Assembly: GCA_000990325.1 (NCBI GenBank) | Contig: LBPS01000008.1 | Span: 97 to 64,096, forward strand | DNA length: 64,000 nucleotides | Source of the DNA: Candidatus Nomurabacteria bacterium GW2011_GWE2_34_25 | GTDB lineage: Bacteria; Patescibacteriota; Minisyncoccia; Phycocordibacterales; UBA9973 | Direction of reading: 5' to 3' | In this document: positions 46,757 through 55,466 of the stretch, in pieces | Position numbering within the stretch: the first letter of the stretch is position 1 | Layout: every line of letters starts with the position of its first letter | Made by a program: the position numbers and the translations under genes | Notes under the pieces: generated by a model | What the model saw: the letters and a program-made list of their open reading frames with translations, nothing else | What the model was told of the DNA's origin: nothing | The model's database searches: none

Positions 46757-48421
46757 ATGGAAACAAAGACTTGTCAAAACTGTAAAAATGACTTCATAAT
46801 TGAGCCAGATGACTTTTCTTTCTATGAGAAAATGAAAGTTCCTGTACCTAAAATTTGTCCAGATTGTCGCTTTAAAATGAGGGCAATGTGGAGAAATGAG
46901 ATGAGTATGTATTCAGGACGAAAGTGCGGTTTATGTGGCAAAAGTGTATTATCTATTTACAATCTCAAATCCCCATTTACAACATATTGTTATGAATGTT
47001 TTTATTCTGAAAAATGGAGTCCCAAAGATTATGCAACTCTATACGATAAGTCACGACCATTCTTTGATCAAATGGGGGAGTTTTTAATTAAAGTTCCTAA
47101 GATAAATTTAGGTATTTCTACTGGAGATGGACCAAATATAAATAGTGAATATGTGAATATGGCTGGAGGATGCAAGAATTGTTATCTTGTTTTTAATACA
47201 AGTCCTGCTGAAGAATTACTTTATTCTAGGGGTGTAAAGAGTGGTATTTTTTCTTCTGACATTTATTTTGGAGTGAAGTTTGAGAACTGTTACGATTGCG
47301 TGAGTATTCAAGAATCAGCCAATGTTTTCTGGGGACAAAACATTATGGGCTGTGTAGATTCCTATTTTATTTTAAATGGTAGTGGTCTCACGAATTGTTT
47401 TGGCTGTGTTAATTTAAGGAATAAAAGTAATTGTTGGTTTAATGAGCAATTAACTTCCGAAGAATATAAAACAAGATTGGGTGAAGTTATGGGTAGCTAT
47501 TCAAAAATATTAGAAGCTCGCAAGAAATTTGAAGAATTTTGTTTACAGCATCCACATAAAGAGAACAATAATTTAAAAACGATAAATTCTGTGGGGGACT
47601 ACTTAACTGAATGCAAAAATGTTGTAAATTCTTTTGAAGTGGCAAAATCAGAAGATTGTCGTTATATTTTTTCATCTAAAATGATTAAGGATTCTTTGGG
47701 AACAACTGGATTTGGGACAAAATCTGAAAGATTACTTGAAGTTGTTGCGACTGGACATTCTAGTAATATTATAGGTTCTTATTGGGCGGAAAATTGTAGT
47801 AATGTAATGTATTCTTTTGATTTGAGAAATTGCCATGATTGTATAGGGTGTGACGCTCTAAAGAATGGTAAATATGCCATTTTTAACAAAGAATATTCAA
47901 AGGAAGAATACGAGGAATTAAAGGCTCATATTGTTAAAGAGCTTACAGAACAGGGGATACATGGGCTCATGATGCCAGTAATTATCGCTCCATTTGCATA
48001 CAATGAAACAATTGCTCAAGATAATTTCTCACTAACCAAAGAGGAAGCATTGGCCCAAGGCTATAGGTGGGAAGATGATATACAGATGACTAAGGGCAAG
48101 GATACAATACAGCTAGATGACATAGAAGATAATATCAAAGATATTAGAGATTCTATAACAAGTGAAATATTGAAATGCATCTCTTGCGAAAGGAATTATA
48201 AGATTACGGAGCAAGAGCTACTTTTTTACAGAAAAATGGTCCTACCTATTCCTCGTCAGTGTTTCTATTGTCGTCATCAGGATAGAATAAAAAGGCGAGG
48301 TCCATATAAATTCTGGGATAGGAAATGTGATCATTGTGATAAAGATATTAAAACCAATTATTCACCAGAACGTAAGGAAATAATATACTGCGAGAAGTGT
48401 TATCAGCAGGAAGTAATATAG
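46757..48421 (+). CDS. Cys-rich repeat protein with terminal tandem zinc ribbons (paralog 4 of 4)
   Basis: 554 aa. N-terminal CQNCKNDFIIEPDDFSFYEKMKVPVPKICPDCR...RKCGLCG, C-terminal CISCERNYKI...FYRKMVLPIPRQCFYCR...CDHCDKDIKTNYSPERKEIIYCEKCYQQEVI, and internal CHDCIGCDALKNGKYAIFNKEYSKEEYEEL repeats. Confidence 0.8.
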   Translation: METKTCQNCKNDFIIEPDDFSFYEKMKVPVPKICPDCRFKMRAMWRNEMSMYSGRKCGLCGKSVLSIYNLKSPFTTYCYECFYSEKWSPKDYATLYDKSRPFFDQMGEFLIKVPKINLGISTGDGPNINSEYVNMAGGCKNCYLVFNTSPAEELLYSRGVKSGIFSSDIYFGVKFENCYDCVSIQESANVFWGQNIMGCVDSYFILNGSGLTNCFGCVNLRNKSNCWFNEQLTSEEYKTRLGEVMGSYSKILEARKKFEEFCLQHPHKENNNLKTINSVGDYLTECKNVVNSFEVAKSEDCRYIFSSKMIKDSLGTTGFGTKSERLLEVVATGHSSNIIGSYWAENCSNVMYSFDLRNCHDCIGCDALKNGKYAIFNKEYSKEEYEELKAHIVKELTEQGIHGLMMPVIIAPFAYNETIAQDNFSLTKEEALAQGYRWEDDIQMTKGKDTIQLDDIEDNIKDIRDSITSEILKCISCERNYKITEQELLFYRKMVLPIPRQCFYCRHQDRIKRRGPYKFWDRKCDHCDKDIKTNYSPERKEIIYCEKCYQQEVI

Positions 48422-48431
48422 ATAATATCTG

Positions 48432-48459
48432 TTCTCTAATTCTATAGAATTGTAGAATA
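48432..48459. promoter_or_regulatory. Near-perfect palindrome TTCTCTAATTCTATAGAATTGTAGAATA, 10 bp upstream of the methyltransferase gene
   Basis: One mismatch from perfect symmetry. It belongs to the same motif family as 21708 and 23493. Confidence 0.65.
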
Positions 48460-48468
48460 AAAAATAAA

Positions 48469-49245
48469 ATGCAAAATAAAAAACAAAAAAACAAAAAGGA
48501 TACTTCATGGAATAGTGTATCGAGTTGGTACGATGAATTGTTGAAAGGGGATGATAGCTATCAAGCGAAGGTTATATTGCCGAATTTACTTCGATTTCTT
48601 GATTTGAAGAAAGGAGAAACAGTTTTTGATCTTGCTTGTGGTCAAGGGTATTTTGCCAATGTTTTTGCTCATAATGGGGCAGATGTTACGGCTTCAGATT
48701 TATCCAAGAATTTAATAGAAACTGCCAAGAAGAATTCTAAAGAAAAAGTTGTTTTCTATATATCACCTGCACATAAGGCGCAATTTTTAAAAGATAGTTC
48801 CGTTGATACTATCGTTATTGTACTTGCTACTCAAAATATTGAAAACATAAACGAAGTCTTTGTTGAATGTAAAAGGGTTCTTAAAAAGAGTGGGCGAATG
48901 GTTCTAGTTTTGAATCATCCAGCTTTTCGTATTCCACAAGGTAGTGATTGGGTTTTTGAAAGTGGAGTTCAATCTCGTATTATTAGCCAGTATCTATCGC
49001 CATCCAAAATATTTATCGATATGACTCCAGGAGAGAAAAATCCAAAGAAGAAAATTAAAACAATATCTTTCCATCGCTCACTTCAAGATTATATGAAGGT
49101 TTTTTCTAAAAGTGGCCTTGTCATCACACGTCTTGAAGAGTGGATCTCGCACAAGCAAAGCGGGTCAGGTCCTCGTCAAATAGCTGAAGATAAAGCTCGC
49201 AAAGAAATTCCTATGTTTATGTGTATAGAGATTAAAAAAATATAA
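48469..49245 (+). CDS. Class I SAM-dependent methyltransferase
   Basis: Motif I VFDLACGQGYF and a post-I acidic residue (TASDLS). Rossmann-fold MTase pattern. Confidence 0.75.
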   Translation: MQNKKQKNKKDTSWNSVSSWYDELLKGDDSYQAKVILPNLLRFLDLKKGETVFDLACGQGYFANVFAHNGADVTASDLSKNLIETAKKNSKEKVVFYISPAHKAQFLKDSSVDTIVIVLATQNIENINEVFVECKRVLKKSGRMVLVLNHPAFRIPQGSDWVFESGVQSRIISQYLSPSKIFIDMTPGEKNPKKKIKTISFHRSLQDYMKVFSKSGLVITRLEEWISHKQSGSGPRQIAEDKARKEIPMFMCIEIKKI

Positions 49246-49291
49246 TTAATAACAAAAAGCTACTTCTCAAATAGCTCTCTTTGATAGCGTA

Positions 49292-49397
49292 TTCTTGAAT
49301 AGTCTTATCAGAGGGGCCGGCGGAGAGTGACGACTCGAGCAATGAGCAAATTTTCAGCAGAAAATTATGCGGACCCTCTGAGAAGAGCTATTCAAGA
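49292..49397 (+). repeat. Structured repeat element copy A (~105 bp), with terminal inverted repeats tcttgaatagtcttatcagagggg / ccctctgagaagagctattcaaga
   Basis: The core ggcggagagtgacgactcgagcaatgagcaaattttcagcagaaaattatgcgg is homologous to the cores at 57085 and 58190 (reverse complement) and 16140 (reverse complement). It lies between convergent genes. Confidence 0.75.
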
Positions 49398-49406
49398 AGA
49401 AGCTTA

Positions 49407-49985
49407 CTAATTTATTTTCTCCAATGCCTTAGGAATTTTATTGAAATCTTTTATAAGAGTTTCTCTCATTCCTCCATTATATAATGCAGCGGCAGGGTGG
49501 TAGAGGGGGAGGAAGGCTTGCTTTTTGCCTAGCTCAGGGATGGATTTGATTAAGAGCTTACCATGCACGTCAGAGATTTTTTCCGTAGGAAAAAATCGAA
49601 GCATTGAATGCCTCCCTAGGAATACAATAAGTTTAGGTGAAATTATTTTTAATTCGGCTATGAGCCACTCATTACATTCTTCTTTTTCATTTGGCTCCGG
49701 ATCTCTATTGTCAGGTGGACGATATTTTACAATATTTGTTATGTAGATATCCTCTCTTTTCATTCCTATACCTTCAAGCATTTCACTAAGGAACTTTCCT
49801 GCTGCTCCTATAAATGGTTTACCACCCTCATCTTCCTTTTTTCCTGGAGCTTCCCCTATAAAGACTATCTCACTTTCCGCATTACCATCGCCAAAAACGG
49901 CTTGTTTAGCAGTCTTTTTAAGATCACAAGTACAATTCTCTTGCCAATATATGTTCAACTTGTCTAATTGTTCTCGTTTTGACAT
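49407..49985 (-). CDS. Family 4 uracil-DNA glycosylase (Fe-S type)
   Basis: GEAPGKKEDEGGKPFIGAAGKFL motif, N-terminal Cys residues (ENCTCDL), and C-terminal HPAAALY. Confidence 0.8.
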   Translation of the reverse strand: MSKREQLDKLNIYWQENCTCDLKKTAKQAVFGDGNAESEIVFIGEAPGKKEDEGGKPFIGAAGKFLSEMLEGIGMKREDIYITNIVKYRPPDNRDPEPNEKEECNEWLIAELKIISPKLIVFLGRHSMLRFFPTEKISDVHGKLLIKSIPELGKKQAFLPLYHPAAALYNGGMRETLIKDFNKIPKALEKIN

Positions 49986-50025
49986 TTCACTATTATAACA
50001 TTTTGTAATTTGATATAATAGAAGA

Positions 50026-50622
50026 ATGCCAGACAAAATCATACTTAATCAAAAATTTTGGAATATGAGAGAAGAAGATCTACCTTGTCTTATTACTTAT
50101 GGGAACAAATCTGGTGGTTCATATTTTTCTGTTGTAACACTTGCCAATTTATTATTAGCTGGATCAAAAGTTTTATTATTTACGGCTTATCCTATGGCTA
50201 AAGATAATTTCTTGGGGCAAATTAAAGGAGGTGGACAAGATGTATCTTATATTTCAAATGAAAGTGAACTAAATAGCAAAACGGGAGCTATTATAATAGA
50301 AAGTGGTAATGAAGAATTATTCTTAAAAGCTCTTGAAAAATTAGATGACATAGAAGATCGTGTAGTTCTAATAAAGAATATTGAAGTATTTGATTCTACC
50401 ACTATTGAAGCTTGTTTAAAACTCAAGAAAGTAATCATTTCAGGTGATATAGATCTTTGTTCTTCCAACAAGCTTATTATGGATAAGCAGTTCAATACAA
50501 TCGTTATTTTTTCTAATCCAAAGGTAACATTATCATTTGATGTTCCAGAATTAGAAAAATATAAAGGTTATTTGTGGAGTATTAATAGTAAGGGCATCGT
50601 CGCTGTCCAAAAAGAAAATTAA
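50026..50622 (+). CDS. Hypothetical protein
   Basis: A 198-aa ORF with no recognised motif. Confidence 0.35.
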   Translation: MPDKIILNQKFWNMREEDLPCLITYGNKSGGSYFSVVTLANLLLAGSKVLLFTAYPMAKDNFLGQIKGGGQDVSYISNESELNSKTGAIIIESGNEELFLKALEKLDDIEDRVVLIKNIEVFDSTTIEACLKLKKVIISGDIDLCSSNKLIMDKQFNTIVIFSNPKVTLSFDVPELEKYKGYLWSINSKGIVAVQKEN

Positions 50623-50638
50623 TTATTATAATAATAGT

Positions 50639-51202
50639 ATGAATACATTATATAAAAGTTCTGCATTTATGACTTATCTTCAATATGTTATAAGTCCAGT
50701 AATATTAGGGTTATGTTTATATGGTTTTTATTATTTTTTTACTACAGGTAATACTGTTGAAAGTATACCAGTGTATTATTTGCCAATAATGGTTTGGGTC
50801 TCAATTGTTGTTATTATAAATATTATAAAATTAAGATATATAGAAGTTATTGCAAATAATATTTTAATTAAAAGTATAAGTGGAGAAAGAGTTTTAGATT
50901 ATAAGGACATAGAATGGATCAATCAGAATATTTTTGGTTCAAATTGGTACATACTTTCAATCAAATATAAAGATATTAAAACAGGTCAATCAAAAAGCAT
51001 TTTTGTATTTCCTGAAATGTATTCTATTAGAGAGAGGATAACAATGTTTGGTGAATTAAACATTACGAAGTATATAAGAGAACAAATCATTAAAGCTAAT
51101 CCTTCATATAATATCGAAAACGAGCCTTCTCGTTGGTATCTAGTTAAGTGGGTTTTCTTGTCTGTCATTCCTTTCCTTTTGGCTTCATTTCTATTGGTTT
51201 AA
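50639..51202 (+). CDS. Hypothetical membrane protein
   Basis: Two N-terminal TM helices and one C-terminal TM helix. No recognised motif. Confidence 0.35.
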   Translation: MNTLYKSSAFMTYLQYVISPVILGLCLYGFYYFFTTGNTVESIPVYYLPIMVWVSIVVIINIIKLRYIEVIANNILIKSISGERVLDYKDIEWINQNIFGSNWYILSIKYKDIKTGQSKSIFVFPEMYSIRERITMFGELNITKYIREQIIKANPSYNIENEPSRWYLVKWVFLSVIPFLLASFLLV

Positions 51203-51206
51203 AAAT

Positions 51207-51449
51207 ATGGTAAAGAATCAATGGAAAAAGGAGAATAATTCACTAGTAAAAACCTTTACATTTAAAGGGTTTGTTGAAGCTGTAGACTTTGTAAACAAGA
51301 TTGTTCCTCTAGTTGAGAAAGTACAACATCATCCAGATATAGAAATTTTCTCTTACAAGAAAGTCAAAGTGAAGCTAACTACACACGAAAAAGATAAAGT
51401 GACAGCAAGAGACACATCTCTATCTAAAAAAATTGATAAAATAAAATAA
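51207..51449 (+). CDS. Pterin-4a-carbinolamine dehydratase (PCD/DCoH)
   Basis: 80 aa with FTFKGFVEAVDFVNKI...EKVQHHPDIE...VKLTTHE, which matches the PCD signature. Confidence 0.75.
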   Translation: MVKNQWKKENNSLVKTFTFKGFVEAVDFVNKIVPLVEKVQHHPDIEIFSYKKVKVKLTTHEKDKVTARDTSLSKKIDKIK

Positions 51450-51467
51450 CAAAATTCCCACCAGTCA

Positions 51468-51510
51468 AACTTAAAACTCCCCTAGGCCGTGCCTAGGGGA
51501 GTTTTAAGTT
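51468..51510. terminator. Bidirectional terminator aacttaaaactcccctaggc-cgt-gcctaggggagttttaagtt
   Basis: A perfect 20-bp stem between convergent genes. Confidence 0.8.
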
Positions 51511-51515
51511 GATTA

Positions 51516-53027
51516 TTATTTCAAGATTTTTATATCAGCACCGATGGCATTTAATCGGTCAGCGATTTCTTCATAACCACGACTTATCATATATATGTTA
51601 CGGAGAATAGAGGTACCAGATGCGCTCAACATTCCGATAAGGATTATCATGGCGGGGCGAAGAGCAGGAGGGCAGACAACTTGAGCTGCCTTGAGAGGTG
51701 TGCCTCCTTGGATATATACTCTGTGTGGATCTGCTAGTGTAATACTGGCCCCAAGGCGGTTTAATTCTGTAAAGTATATAGCACGGTTCTCGTATAGCCA
51801 ATCATGGATCATCGTCTGACCCTTGGCCTTAATGGCAATCGGTACAAAGAATGGAAGGTTGTCCATGTTTATCCCTGGGTAAGGGTTAGCGTGTATTTTG
51901 TCATCTAATGCTTTAAGCTTAGAAGGGAAGACATGCAAATCTATCAAATTTGTTCTGTCATTATAGGATTTATATTTCTTAAGAATTTTGTATTTCAATC
52001 CCATTCTTTTTAATTTTTCAAGTTCAAGAGAAAGGAAGTCAATAGGGCAACGATTGATTATAAGTTCTGAATCAGTTGCAATAGCCGCTGATATGAACAT
52101 CATCGATTCAATAGGGTCTTCACTATTTGTATATTCTATGTCCATATCGATATCTTTTACTCCGTGAACAACAAGAGTTGAAGTCCCAATGCCATCTATT
52201 TGCACCCCTAAATTTTCAAGGAAGAAGCAAATTTCTTGGACCATGTAGTTGGCGCTAGCGAATCTAATAGTCGTTGTGCCGTCTATTTTAGCGACAGCTG
52301 TTAGAATGTTCTCACAAGCTGTATCTCCAGCTTCATACATTATAATGTTTGCTGGTTTAAGCTTCTTAGTCTCTATTTTATATTCTGAATTAGTTGTCTT
52401 TATTTTAGCCCCTAAATCTTCTAGGGCATAAGTGTGAGCTGATATGGTACGCTTGCCAAGTTTGCACCCAGAAGCATGAGGAATAGAGAATGATGGAAGG
52501 AGGTGTATAAGTGGACCGATAAGCATGATGACCGAGCGGGTTATAATAGCGGATTCCACATTTATTTTATCGAGATTAAATTTGACCGGCGGAGTAATCA
52601 ATACAGAGTTGTTGTCTATCCATTTTACAGAAACACCAATACTTTCCAGTATTTCTATGACTCTGTAAACTTCTTCTATACGAGCTATACCATGAAGTGT
52701 TGTTTTACCTTTATTTAGAAGGGAAGCACAGAGAAGACCGACTGCTCCATTCTTGGAAAAGTTGGTATTGATACTACCGCTTAATTTTCGTCCGCCCGTA
52801 ATTTTAAAGTCAATAGATTCATTTATAGAAACAATCTGGTGATTTAGGACCTCACTTATTTTCCCCAATGTTTCAGTACTAAAATTTTGCTCACCCTTTT
52901 CCATTCGGGCCACTGCACTTTGAGAAGTCTCCAATTCTTTGGCAAAAACTTCTTGGGTCATATTCTTCCTTTCTCGTAATTCCTTAATAAAAAGCCCTAT
53001 TTTTTGTTGTTCTGTCTGTTTTTTCAT
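51516..53027 (-). CDS. murA: UDP-N-acetylglucosamine 1-carboxyvinyltransferase fused to an N-terminal XRE-family HTH domain
   Basis: The N-terminal ~60 aa IGLFIKELRERKNMTQEVFAKELETSQSAVARMEKGEQNFSTETLGKISEVL form a Cro/C1-type HTH. The MurA part starts at FKITGGRKLSGSINT...GAVGLLCASLL. There is no Met at the domain junction. Confidence 0.85.
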   Translation of the reverse strand: MKKQTEQQKIGLFIKELRERKNMTQEVFAKELETSQSAVARMEKGEQNFSTETLGKISEVLNHQIVSINESIDFKITGGRKLSGSINTNFSKNGAVGLLCASLLNKGKTTLHGIARIEEVYRVIEILESIGVSVKWIDNNSVLITPPVKFNLDKINVESAIITRSVIMLIGPLIHLLPSFSIPHASGCKLGKRTISAHTYALEDLGAKIKTTNSEYKIETKKLKPANIIMYEAGDTACENILTAVAKIDGTTTIRFASANYMVQEICFFLENLGVQIDGIGTSTLVVHGVKDIDMDIEYTNSEDPIESMMFISAAIATDSELIINRCPIDFLSLELEKLKRMGLKYKILKKYKSYNDRTNLIDLHVFPSKLKALDDKIHANPYPGINMDNLPFFVPIAIKAKGQTMIHDWLYENRAIYFTELNRLGASITLADPHRVYIQGGTPLKAAQVVCPPALRPAMIILIGMLSASGTSILRNIYMISRGYEEIADRLNAIGADIKILK

Positions 53028-53091
53028 AATTTTCTAATAATTATTAATATGTCTATTTACAATTATATCTCATATATGATATAATTGCAAT

Positions 53092-54126
53092 ATGGTGGAG
53101 ATACAAGAATATGTGGATATCAAAAATTACTCGACTCTACATGCAGGAGGGCAATTTCGCTACTTCGCTACTATATCTTCTGTTCAAGAACTTACATCGG
53201 CATGTGCGATCGTTCATGGTGATGTAAAATACAAAAATATTTCTATCTTTATTTTAGGCGGAGGCTCCAATATGATTTTCTCTGATGGAGTTCTTCCGGT
53301 ACTGGCTTTAAAGATTGAGATTAATGGTTTTGAAATAATTAATGAGACAAATGAGTACACCGATATAAAAGTTGGGGCTGGGGAAAATTGGGACCAGATA
53401 GTAAAGATGACTGTCGACATGAATTTGTCGGGAATTGAAGCTCTTTCTGCCATACCAGGAATAGTTGGAGCGAGTCCTGTCCAAAATATTGGAGCTTATG
53501 GATCTGAAGTCAAAGACACAATTTTAGAAGTAGAAGTATTTGATATAAAAAAAGGATTAATCACCATGCTTTCAAACGAAGAATGTAAATTTAGTTATAG
53601 AGATAGTATTTTTAAAAGAGAAGCTAGGGGGAAATATGTTATTACGCAGGTTACATATAGATTGTCAAAATCAATGCCCGTGTTGCCAGATTATCCAGGA
53701 GTCAAGAAATATTTTATCGAAAATAATTTTAATAGTCCAACTCCCAAAAATATTCGTCAAGCGGTTATAAGTATTAGGCAAGGTAAATTACCTAATCCAA
53801 AAGAAATACCAAATGTTGGTTCTTTTTTCAAGAATCCAATAGTAGAGAAAACTATTGCTGATAAAATAAAAATGAAATTTCCTAACGTAAAACTTTTCCC
53901 GATTGACAGGAACTTTACAAAAATTCCGGCTGGTTTTCTTATAGAAAATGCAGGACTCAAAGGAAGGTCTTTTGGAAAAGTTTCTATTTACGAAAAGAAT
54001 GCCCTTGTTTTAATAAATACGCTCGATGCTACATCCCAAGATATAATTTCCGCCCGTGATGAAATTATTAGAATAGTTAAAGATAAATTTGGAATTGAGC
54101 TTGTTCAAGAACCAGAGATTTTATAA
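53092..54126 (+). CDS. murB: UDP-N-acetylenolpyruvoylglucosamine reductase
   Basis: FAD-binding N-terminus (TLHAGGQFRYF...ILGGGSNM) and MurB C-terminal motifs (GSFFKNP, IPAGFLIENAGLKG). Confidence 0.88.
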   Translation: MVEIQEYVDIKNYSTLHAGGQFRYFATISSVQELTSACAIVHGDVKYKNISIFILGGGSNMIFSDGVLPVLALKIEINGFEIINETNEYTDIKVGAGENWDQIVKMTVDMNLSGIEALSAIPGIVGASPVQNIGAYGSEVKDTILEVEVFDIKKGLITMLSNEECKFSYRDSIFKREARGKYVITQVTYRLSKSMPVLPDYPGVKKYFIENNFNSPTPKNIRQAVISIRQGKLPNPKEIPNVGSFFKNPIVEKTIADKIKMKFPNVKLFPIDRNFTKIPAGFLIENAGLKGRSFGKVSIYEKNALVLINTLDATSQDIISARDEIIRIVKDKFGIELVQEPEIL

Positions 54127-54135
54127 TTAAAAATT

Positions 54136-54166
54136 ACAATTAAGAAACGGCCGTTTCTTAATTGTA
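54136..54166 (+). terminator. Perfect palindrome acaattaagaaacgg-ccgtttcttaattgt after murB
   Basis: A 13-15 bp perfect stem 10 bp after the murB stop. Confidence 0.6.
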
Positions 54167-54202
54167 AAACAGCTAAACTTTAAAATTCAGCTGTTTTGTT
54201 TG

Positions 54203-54284
54203 TGCCGGAGGAGGGACTCGAACCCTCAAGTCTTGCGACACGCGATTTTGAGTCGCGCATGGTTACCAATTTCATCACTCCGGC
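54203..54284 (-). tRNA. tRNA-Leu (anticodon CAA), type II with long variable arm
   Basis: Acceptor GCCGGAG/CTCCGGC, anticodon stem CGCGA/TCGCG, loop CTCAAAA, a long variable arm, and T arm GAGGG-TTCGAGT-CCCTC. Confidence 0.85.
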
Positions 54285-54358
54285 AATATTAGTATTCTAA
54301 CAGAAAAGCCAGAAAAATCAATTTTGAAAAATTCTCTTATTTGGCGTATAGTAGTTGT

Positions 54359-55462
54359 ATGGTTCAAAAAGCTAAAAAACTTAAAATAGCCTTAGTGTTT
54401 GGGGGTAAGTCTGTTGAACACGAAGTGTCTTTACAATCAGTTAGAAATATTATAGATGCTCTAGACAAAACAAAATATGAAATTGTTTTAGTTGGAATAA
54501 ACAAAGATGGTTCTTGGAGTTTAAAAGACCGAAACAATTTCTTATTAAATTCAACTAATCCAAAACTTATAGCACTTAATAAAAACAGTACAAAATCAAA
54601 AGACATAGAAAATAGTTTAGCTATAATATCTCAAGAAGAAAAAAGGGGGAAGATTGATGTTGTATTTCCTGTTTTGCATGGACCATATGGTGAAGATGGT
54701 ACAATGCAGGGATTTTTAAAATTGGCTGGGATTCCTTTTGTTGGACCTTCTGTCTTGGGTTCATCTATAGGTTTTGATAAAGATATAACTAAAAGATTAT
54801 TGAGTGAAGCTGGAATTCCAAATACTAAATTTATTTCATTTAGAAATGGGGATGGTATTTCTTTTTTAAAAGTTAAAAAAATATTAGGATTACCAATGAT
54901 AGTCAAACCAGCAAATGCTGGGTCTTCTGTAGGTATTAATAAAATTTCAAATGAGAAAGAATTTAAGAAGGCAATCAAAGAAGCTTTTCTATTTGATTCG
55001 AAAATTATAATAGAAAAATTTATTGAGGGTAAAAGGGAAATAGAATGTGCTGTTTTGGGGAATGAAAATCCAAAAGCTTCTGTGTGTGGAGAAGTTATTA
55101 CTGATTCTAAGCATAAGTTTTATTCTTATGAAGCAAAATATATTGACGAGATAGGAGCTAAACTAGAAATACCTGCCAATATATCAAAAAGTCTTCAAAG
55201 GAAAATTCAAGACCTAGCAATTAAAACATTTAAGGTATTAGAGCTTGAAGGAATGGCTCGAGTGGATTTCTTTATTGATAAAAAAGGTAAAATATTTGTA
55301 AATGAAGTTAATACTATTCCAGGGTTTACAAATATAAGTATGTATCCTGCACTTTGGAAAGCGAGTGGATTGTCGTATACTAAACTAATTGATGAATTAG
55401 TTGATTTAGCGATAGAAAGATTTAATAGAGAGCAGAAACTGAAAACTTCTTATAATAAATAA
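54359..55462 (+). CDS. ddl: D-alanine--D-alanine ligase (copy 2)
   Basis: KIALVFGGKSVEHEVSL, HGPYGEDGTMQGFLKLAGIPFVG, and ATP-grasp motifs. It lies adjacent to alanine racemase. Confidence 0.88.
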   Translation: MVQKAKKLKIALVFGGKSVEHEVSLQSVRNIIDALDKTKYEIVLVGINKDGSWSLKDRNNFLLNSTNPKLIALNKNSTKSKDIENSLAIISQEEKRGKIDVVFPVLHGPYGEDGTMQGFLKLAGIPFVGPSVLGSSIGFDKDITKRLLSEAGIPNTKFISFRNGDGISFLKVKKILGLPMIVKPANAGSSVGINKISNEKEFKKAIKEAFLFDSKIIIEKFIEGKREIECAVLGNENPKASVCGEVITDSKHKFYSYEAKYIDEIGAKLEIPANISKSLQRKIQDLAIKTFKVLELEGMARVDFFIDKKGKIFVNEVNTIPGFTNISMYPALWKASGLSYTKLIDELVDLAIERFNREQKLKTSYNK

Positions 55463-55466
55463 TAAA

